A stretch of DNA of 64,000 nt from Eledone cirrhosa (taxonomy: Eukaryota): the NCBI GenBank assembly GCA_964016885.1, contig OZ024742.1:376712001-376776000 (forward strand), in the 5' to 3' direction. Each line of letters begins with the position of its first letter. Position 1 is the first letter of the stretch. Shown here in pieces: positions 57,046 to 64,000 of the stretch. Both the position numbers and the translations under genes were made by a program. The notes under the pieces were generated by a model, which was given only the letters and a program-made list of their open reading frames with translations, had not been told where the DNA came from and did not search any database.

Positions 57046-57149
57046 AGCCAGCTCAGTTGACTGAAAGCCAGCTCAGTTGACTGAGAGCCAGCTCAGTTGA
57101 CTGAGAGCCAGCTCAATTGACTACCAACCAGCTCAGTTGACTGACAGCC
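57046..57149. repeat. 20-bp minisatellite, ~5 copies, with internal palindrome
   Basis: (agccagctcagttgactgag)x5; CTCAGT-TG-ACTGAG is an inverted repeat. Confidence 0.85.
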
Positions 57150-57458
57150 TGTCATGTCTATCATCTCTTATGCTCTCTCAATCTTTCACTTCCATCATTA
57201 GCTTGTCTATGTACACACATTCTGTATTTTACAATTGTGTCATGATTCTTTTATAGTTAATCTCATGATGTCGCCCACCCTATTATAAAGTGAACAGGAT
57301 GAGGTGATGAGACAACTGCATATCAATAGATTGTAGTCTCTCACACACTTGCATGACAAGTTGGTGATTGAGCATACATTAAGCTCCCCCCCTTCCCACT
57401 CATCCTATCCAGGTGGACATTAGTAGCTCATAAAGACATGTTTCATTATTATCTCATG

Positions 57459-57637
57459 AATTGGCAGTATCAGTAGAGGATCGGACGCCATGCTTTGACG
57501 CATAGAGTTACGGCCCTTTCCATTCTGAGTTCAAATCCCGCCGAGGTTAACTTTGCCTTTCATCCTTACGAGGCCGATAAAATAAAGTACCAGTAATGCA
57601 CTGGTTAATTGCTGGCCTTGTGCCAATAGTAGAAACA
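57459..57637 (+). mobile_element. SINE family A copy
   Basis: attggcagtatcagtagaggatcggacgccatgc...gagttcaaatcccgccgaggttaactttgcctttcatcc...agaaacaatt. Flanked by near-perfect TSD attattatctcatg (57445-57458) / attactatctcatg (57638-57651). Confidence 0.88.
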
Positions 57638-57776
57638 ATTACTATCTCATGTTGAATAGCAGAAGAGATATTTGATAAGTTTAAGAAAATAGTAAAATAT
57701 TTTAAAAGTTAAAATTAAAACTAAAATCTTTGTAGAATTGCCTGCAATGGGTTAGAATGTTCTTTGTAGTTATTAA

Positions 57777-57997
57777 CCTTTTAGCATTCACATTACTCTA
57801 TATATACTATTGTATTTTTGTAGTAAACACTTTATCTTACATAATTATCTCAGATAATATCGAATCTATGAGATTTTAATATAATTTATTTTGAGAACAA
57901 TACTTTAACATCAGTATAAGCGGCCAGTTTCAACTGGTTTGAACAGAAAGGGGTGAGACATTTCTGGGCGGATGTGGCCGGTTTGAATGCTAAAGGG
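57777..57997. mobile_element. MITE with TTAA-type target site (piggyBac-like)
   Basis: ttaa|ccttttagcattca ... tgaatgctaaaggg|ttag: 14-bp terminal inverted repeat with 1 mismatch, AT-rich non-coding interior. Confidence 0.7.
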
Positions 57998-58242
57998 TTA
58001 GGTCATCTTCTACCAGTGCACTTCATAATTTGTGCATAAGTGCACTGTTGTTTTCTGCTTTCTCACACATTCCTATCACTTTGTTAGTTGAAAATAGAAG
58101 CAACCATTGACAACATGATAACATTTCAAATGACCATGTGACCTGCATTTTGAAATTAGTGAATTTTGATTGGTCAGTAAATATTTTCATTCTCATCTAT
58201 CCATTTAATTTTAAAGTACGTCTCCTGATATTTTGATCAGCA

Positions 58243-58500
58243 TGGAGGTGTGCGATCTAGTAGCAAGGATGTTGGACTTCCGATCATAATGTCATGGATT
58301 CGATTCCTGGACTGGATTGTGTGTTGTATTCTTGAGCAAAACACTTCATTTCATGTTGCTTCCAGCTGAAAATGAGTACCAGCAATAGCTGGGAGTTTAA
58401 CTCTGCAGGGAACTGGTGTTCTGTCCATGGTGGGGGTGTTTTGTACCCTCAGTCACTTCACACCACAGAAACTGGCATTATCACTGGGCTAATGACAAAC
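58243..58500 (+). mobile_element. SINE family B copy (diverged)
   Basis: tggaggtgtgcgatctagtagcaaggatgttggact...ggattcgattcc (B box)...tgtgttgtattcttgagcaaaacacttcatttc...cagctgaaaatgagtacc; matches the split copy at 55965-56890. Right end approximate. Confidence 0.75.
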
Positions 58501-58574
58501 AGCCTGAGGGTCGGATTGCTTGGGAACGCAGCACAAGCGGTTGGTAAGCTAAGCTTAGCTCTGCTTTATGCATG

Positions 58575-58615
58575 GCAAATTTCTATGACCGGATGCCCTT
58601 CCTGATGCCAACCTT
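58575..58615 (-). mobile_element. Short fragment of an RTE-type 3' tail
   Basis: Reverse complement aaggttggcatcaggaagggcatccggtcatagaaa resembles ggttggtgttaggaagggcatccagctgtagaaa at 62687-62720. Confidence 0.55.
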
Positions 58616-58817
58616 ATGGTGGAGATTCACCAACTCAACAGTGTTTTAAAGGTGAAAACAAACACAAACACACACACAAACATACAAACAACAGGAGTTC
58701 AGAGTCCTCATCTTCCAATTTCACTCACATTGATGGGTCTCAATCTATAGCAGCACTGAATCTACAACTACATGCTTTAGAAACAAACATCTAAATCACA
58801 CAGTTATGACTGCACAT

Positions 58818-59238
58818 ACTACCTGTAATATTTTCATCATCTACCTGTATTATTTTAATCTTAATTTAAATGTATTATTTTAATTCTCCTCTACCTGTAT
58901 TATATCCATCACCCACCTGTAATATATCCATCACCTACCTGTATTATATCCATCATTTACCTGTATTATATTCATCATTTACCTTCCCCCTGAGATTAAC
59001 TTTGCCTTTCATCCTTACGGGGTCAATAAAATAAAGTACCAGTAATGCACTGGGGTAATTGCTGGTCTTGTGCCAAAAGTAGAAACAATTAGAGTAATCA
59101 TTTACCTGTAACATATTAATCACATCTACCTGTTATATTAATCACTTACCTGTAACATATCCATCACCTACCTGTAACATATCCATCATCTACCTGTATT
59201 ATATACACCATCTACCTGTATTATATTAATCACCTACA
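58818..59238. repeat. Degenerate ~22-bp minisatellite (catcacctacctgtattatatc), interrupted by a SINE and a Helitron; residual units at ~59695-59724
   Basis: Repeated atc(t/ac)ctacctgta(t/a)(t/c)atat(cc/ta) units read directly. Confidence 0.8.
58987..59090 (+). mobile_element. 5'-truncated SINE family A copy
   Basis: ttaactttgcctttcatccttacggggtcaataaaataaagtaccagtaatgcactggggtaattgctggtcttgtgccaaaagtagaaacaatt is the 3' half of family A. Confidence 0.85.
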
Positions 59239-59694
59239 TCTATCTATCTATATATTACTAAAACTCTGTGATTGCTTGCTTGCCTGTCTGTAATGTAATG
59301 CAGCCAAAACGGTGCATAATGGGAAAATACTTTGAAAGGAAGTTGCCCCTAAAATGGGAATACAACTGGAATAAAACAAGTTTTGCATTAGTCGAAGCAC
59401 AGGTTCCCGAGATATGAGGCTTTCTGGGTACCTTCATAAATAGCCAACAGTTCCGTGATAATCAATCAGATCTCTAGCATGCTTACCGTTGTGTTTTATT
59501 TCTGAAAAGCGTTAGTGCAGTCAAATTATATGTACACACACACACACATGCCCCCCCCCCCCCCCCCCGCATATGATCCCCCATACAACCCCCCCCCACA
59601 CACACACATTAATTACGACGAGATAAAATGAAAAGAAACACTAAGACAGGTAACACTAGACCACCCGTGACCCAACAGGTCACAGATGGTCTAG
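59239..59694 (+). mobile_element. Non-autonomous Helitron-like element
   Basis: A|TCTATC...TATATT 5' end; short (CTTG) repeats near the 5' end; 3' hairpin GTGACC-caaca-GGTCAC then CTAG|T; no TSD. Removal restores a minisatellite unit (cacctaca|tgtatt). Confidence 0.75.
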
Positions 59695-59734
59695 TGTATT
59701 GTATTAATCACCTATCTGTATTATGTTATTTTAG

Positions 59735-60007
59735 AAAAGAAAGATGTGTTTGTCAACAATACTGAAATACAGTCCTAATGCTTTGAAAAGAATAAAGAAC
59801 CTAGTGAAAGGACGAGAGGCGTATATTATTCCTGGAATGGTTTATATTGACGATATGGAAGTAGCTAAACAGTTAGACATATCTCTTCTGGGTCCTGAAC
59901 CAGAAACAGCAGAGCTTTATTCTACAAAGTCAGGTGTCAAACGAATATTTGAGAGATCTGATGTGTGTGTCCCACCAGGAATAATTGATATCTACAGCGA
60001 GGAACAG
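59735..60007 (+). CDS. IQCH: Internal coding exon of IQCH-like gene (second exon in window)
   Basis: ttttag acceptor, gtgagt donor, 273 bp, phase 0-0. [34 protein letters not shown]...[22 protein letters not shown]...[13 protein letters not shown] resembles the IQCH LxYSP..LKRIKNL..G.EAYI / LG.EPE.A.LYSTKSG.KRIF blocks. Confidence 0.88.
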
Positions 60008-60080
60008 GTGAGTAAATTATCTTTTCATTCTTTTTTAAGCCTTAGAAAAACCCCAACATTTTAGGGTATTTAAATTTTAT

Positions 60081-62846
60081 AACCTGACAACCACCTGATC
60101 ACCTATAGATCAGGGGAGCACTCGAGTCAGATAGATTTTATCCACATCAGAGGACGTGACAGATGGACGGCCGTAAACACAAAAGCCTTCCCTAGTGAGG
60201 AATGTACATCCCAACACAGCTTAGTTGTCAGCGACCTCACAGTCAGAACTAGACGAACCTGGAAACAGAGGCCAACCTGGAGAAGAAAGATCTGGAAGCT
60301 GAAAGACCCCTCAACCAGTAACAGATTTAAAGATATTTTACTCAACACCTACGACAGTAAAGAAGAACAGATAGAGACATTCAATGTAGTAGAGAACTGG
60401 GAGTTCCTAAAAAATAACTTACTAGAGGTGACAGATGAGGTCTGTGGCTGGAGTAAGACCTCAAGCAGGAGGAGAGTGACTTGGTGGTGGAACAATAAGG
60501 TAGATGAGGCAGTTAAGGCCAAGAGACAGGCATGGAAAGAATGGAAGAATGGGGGGAGCAGGGTACATTAGATAGAGACCAAGAGGGAAGCTAGGCGACA
60601 AGTATACTTAGCTAGGAGGGAAGCAGAGTATAGAAGATTCAAGCATGTTTTGCAACGTGAGGACCAGAAACAGGAGGTGTTCAAGATTGCGAGGCAGTGT
60701 GTCAGAGATAGTTGTGATGTCATTGGAGAGAAGTGTATCCGGAATGATAAAGGTGAGCTTGCCCTCACAAGTGCTGAGAAGAAAGATGCATGGAAGAATC
60801 ATTATGATAGATTACTAAATGAGGAGAATGCATGGGAAGAAGAGACCCTACCCCAAGTAGACCCTATAGAGGGGCCAGCAGTACAAGTCAGCAGCAACGT
60901 AGTAAGTAAGGCAATCAAAGATATGAAGATGGGGAAGGCAACTGGTCCATCGGGTATAGCTGCCGAGATGCTGAAGGCATCTGGGTCTGTAGGTCACACT
61001 ATAACCACACGTATTGTTAACCAGGTAATACTAGAAGGTATCATACCAAAAGATTGGTGCAGTAGCATCATTGTCAACTGCTACAAAGGTAAAGGTGATG
61101 CACTAGATAGAGGAAACTATAGAGGTATAAAGCTGATGGACCAGGTCATGAAAGTAACAGAAAGAGTTATAGTTGATTAGGGACCGGGTGAAACTAGACG
61201 AGATGCAATTTGGGTTTGTACCAGGAAGAGGCACCACTGATGCCCTCTTCCTTGTGAGGCAGTTACAGGAAAAGTACCTAGCTAAAAGTAAGCCACTCTA
61301 CCTGGCATTTGTCGACCTTGAGAAAGCCTTTGACAGAGTTCCACGTGCTGTAATCTGGTGGGCTCTTAGAAAACTAGGAGTAGATGAATGGCTTGTGAAA
61401 GTGGTACAAGCCATGTATAGGGGAGCAGTCAGCAAAGTTAGGATTAGCAATGAGTATAGCGAGGAATTTAGCGTACAGGTTGGGGTCCACCAGGGCTCAG
61501 TTCTTAGCCCCCTCCTGTTCATCATAGTCCTGCAGGCAATAACGGAGGAGTTTAAGACCGGATGCCCATGGGATCTCCTGTATGCTGATGACCTCGCACT
61601 TATAGCTGAATCTATGGTAGAACTAGAGAAGAAATTCCAAACTTGGAAGCAGGGACTAGAAAGAAAGGGCCTCAAAGTCAACATGACAAAGACTAAGGTA
61701 CTTGTAAGTAGACGAGAAAACAGAACCCAGATCCCCTCAGGGAAATGGCCTTGCTCAGTATGTAGGAAAGGTGTAGGTAGGAACTCCATTCTCTGCCCCA
61801 AATGCAAACAATGGGTACACAAGAGATGTAGCGGGATCTCAGGAATCTTAATTAAGAATGTAGGCTTCACATGCAGCAGCTGTGCTTGGATAGCAAGCAG
61901 CAAACAGCCACAGGAACCAAGTACCACCAATCTTTGGGAGGGCTCTGTAGAAACAGTAGACAGCTTCTGCTACCTAGGTGACCGAATTAGCAGCGGAGGT
62001 GGGTGTTCAGAAAGTACAATAACTAGGGTAAGAACGGGATGGAAGAAGTTCAGGGAACTACTGCCACTGCTAGCTGCAAAAGGCTTCTCCCCCAAAATGA
62101 AAGGCAGACTGTATGATGCGTGTATCCGAACAGCAATGTTACATGGTAGTGAGATCTGGGTGCTGAAGGTGGAAGACTTATGTAGATTAGAGAGAAACGA
62201 AGCCTGCATGCTCCAATGGATGCCTAATAGTAATATACGCGAACGGCAAAGCATAAATAAATTGAGAGAGAGACTGAGCATCAGAGGAATCAAATGCTGT
62301 GTGCAGGAGAGGCGGTTGCGCTGGTATGGACATGTGATGTGTATGAAGGATGACAGCTGCATAAAAAGGTGCAAAGCACTAGAAGTTGATGGAAGCCGCG
62401 GAGCGGGGAGACCCAAGATGACCTGGGATGAGGTGATAAAGGCCGACTTTACCCAATTACACCTCTCAAAGGCGATGACACACGACCGTGACCTCAGGTG
62501 TCACGCAGTAATACAGAGTACCCGACCTCCCATGGGTACAAGCTGAAGCATATAGACAATATTCCGCCACACCCCCCACCCCAAGGTGGCCGTGGAGGTG
62601 CCATGGTAAAAAAGCACCCAGCCCACACTGTAAAGTGGACGTGTAGGCGCCACAGAAAAAAAGCACCCAGCACTCACTGTAAATGAGGTTGGTGTTAGGA
62701 AGGGCATCCAGCTGTAGAAATCAAGCCAAAATCAGTTCCTGTATGAGCAAGGCATGGTCAGCCGACCAGACACTGCCCACAACAGGACAACCCGTCTAAC
62801 CCATGTTAGTGTGGAAGAACGGACGTAAAACGGTGATGATGATGAT
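60081..62846 (+). mobile_element. 5'-truncated RTE-clade LINE (APE C-terminus, RT, PHD-like Cys/His finger, 3' UTR with two satellite monomers, (TGA)n tail); inactivated
   Basis: Frame from 60083 HLITYRSGEHSSQIDF...SQHSLVVSDL; premature TAG at 60569-60571; YKGKGDALDRGNYRGIKL; frameshift near 61175; QFGFVPGRGTTDA, AFVDLEKAFDRVPR, GVHQGSVLSPLLF, LLYADDLAL, RRLRWYGHV, GRPKMTW; stop at 62546. Confidence 0.93.
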
Positions 62847-62859
62847 ATCTTTTTATTAT

Positions 62860-63478
62860 TCGGTGGATTGGCAGTATTGGTAGAAGGTCGGACGCCATGA
62901 TTGGCAGTATTGGTAGAGGGTCGGACGCCATGATTGGCAGTATTGGTAGAGGGTCGGACACCATGATTGGCAGTATTGGTAGAGGGTCGGACACCATGAT
63001 TGGCAGTATCGGTAGAGGGTCGGACACCATGATTGGCAGTATCGGTAGAGTGTCGGACACCATGATTGGCAGTATTGGTAGAGGGTCGGACACCATGATT
63101 GGCAGTATTGGTAGAAGGTCGGACGCCATGATTGGCAGTATTGGTAGAGGGTCGGACACCATGATTGGCAGTATTGGTAGAAGGTCGGACGCCATGATTG
63201 GCAGTATTGGTAGAGGGCCGGACGCCATGATTGTCAGTATTGCTAGAGGGTCAGACGCCATGATTGGCAGTATCGGTAGAGGGTCGGACACCATGATTGG
63301 CAGTATCGGTAGAGGGACAGACGAAATGCTTTGCAGCAAACAGTTATGCCCCTTTATGGTCTGAGTTCAAATCCCGCCAAGGTTAACTTTGCCTTTCATC
63401 CTTACGGGGTCGATAAAATAAAGTACCAGTAATACACTGGGATAATTGCTGGCCTTGTGCCAAAAGTAGAAACAATTC
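62860..63478 (+). mobile_element. SINE family A copy with tandemly amplified 5' head
   Basis: Starts tcggtggattggcagtattgg; after the 33-bp array continues ...gagttcaaatcccgccaaggttaactttgcctttcatccttacggggtcgataaaataaagtaccag...agaaacaatt. Confidence 0.9.
62866..63320 (+). repeat. 33-bp minisatellite, ~14 copies, made of the SINE A-box segment
   Basis: (gattggcagtattggtagagggtcggac[g/a]ccat)n; the unit equals the 5' part of the SINE A copies at 56486-56672 and 57459-57637. Confidence 0.93.
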
Positions 63479-63523
63479 TATATTTTAAAACTTACATAAA
63501 CATAGACATCATTCCACACAATA

Positions 63524-63718
63524 TGAAGGTCAGCTGAAAGGTTCATAGTCCGACCAAGATACTCTCATGGAATGACCAAATGAAGTTTATTTTTCTACAT
63601 AGCTCCTGGAAAGAAACTATACAGTTATTAATAAGAGTTGAAATTAATGCACGCAAGATTTGACAGCTCTAGCATCACTCCTTCGTTGTCATCCTATGAA
63701 CTTTTCAGCCGACTGTCA
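63524..63718. mobile_element. Tc1/mariner-like MITE
   Basis: ta|tgaaggtcagctgaaaggttcatag ... ctatgaacttttcagccgactgtca|ta: ~25-bp imperfect TIR with TA target duplication. Confidence 0.75.
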
Positions 63719-63788
63719 TACACTATACACTCATCTGCTGTGTTATCAAAAACACAAATGAGACCCAAATTTCTGGTTTATATTTCAG

Positions 63789-63974
63789 CTTTACGAATCT
63801 TTGGCCCAGTTGATTATTGACAATATAACAATAGGAAGATGGCTTCTGAAATTTGACACAACTGTTTCTAGTAATGGTATAGCTTATTGTGATATTATAC
63901 ATTTGAAATGCTACCTTCAGGTGTACAGAGAATCAATTCGATATGGCGACAAATGGCTCCATAGATGGGCTCAC
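63789..63974 (+). CDS. IQCH: Internal coding exon of IQCH-like gene (third exon in window)
   Basis: tttcag acceptor, gtgagt donor, 186 bp, phase 0-0. LYESLAQLIIDNITIGRWLLKFDTTVSSNGIAYCDIIHLKCYLQVYRESIRYGDKWLHRWAH resembles the following IQCH segment (L.QLI.D....RWL.K.D...G.A.CD...LKCY..V..ES.RYG...W..W). Confidence 0.85.
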
Positions 63975-64000
63975 GTGAGTTGCATCCTGTAAATTATTTT

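Noticed and set aside
56003-58605. Short ORFs at 56003-56260, 56015-56227 and 58372-58605, and possible tRNA genes
   Set aside because: They overlap SINE family B; the A/B boxes belong to SINE heads without a complete cloverleaf.
54516-62546. RT ORFs as active enzymes or a retron/DGR-type system acting on the array
   Set aside because: Both are ordinary non-LTR retrotransposon RTs, 5'-truncated and disrupted (YADY and frameshifts in the CR1-like copy; TAG at 60569 and frameshift near 61175 in the RTE).
60127-62707. Minus-strand ORFs over the RTE element
   Set aside because: Antisense shadows of the RTE coding sequence with no recognisable motifs.
62806-63364. Repetitive ORFs (MIGSIGRGSDT)n and (PLPILPIMVSD)n
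   Set aside because: In-frame read-through of the 33-bp SINE-head minisatellite; intronic, no evidence of coding.

Overview
Eukaryotic (animal; the repeat families suggest a mollusc, possibly an octopod) genomic DNA, not prokaryotic. Bases ~210-53130 are one uninterrupted head-to-tail satellite of roughly 1,080 monomers of 48-50 bp (consensus GGTGTCATGACAAAAAGCACCCAGCACACACTGTAAATGTGGTTGTGTA), organised into domains with different higher-order repeats. The array runs directly into the 3' tail of an RTE-clade LINE. An unexpanded relative of that LINE at ~60081-62846 carries just two copies of the same monomer in its 3' UTR, so the satellite appears to be a roughly 500-fold expansion of a LINE 3'-UTR repeat. 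The last 11 kb hold three in-phase GT-AG exons of an IQCH-like gene (+ strand), so the satellite probably lies in a giant IQCH intron. The introns are packed with TEs: a decayed CR1-like LINE, an RTE LINE with a PHD-like finger, two SINE families (one copy with its A-box region amplified ~14x), a probable solo LTR nested in a SINE, a non-autonomous Helitron, and piggyBac-like and mariner-like MITEs. The hundreds of minus-strand ORFs over the array are repeat artefacts.
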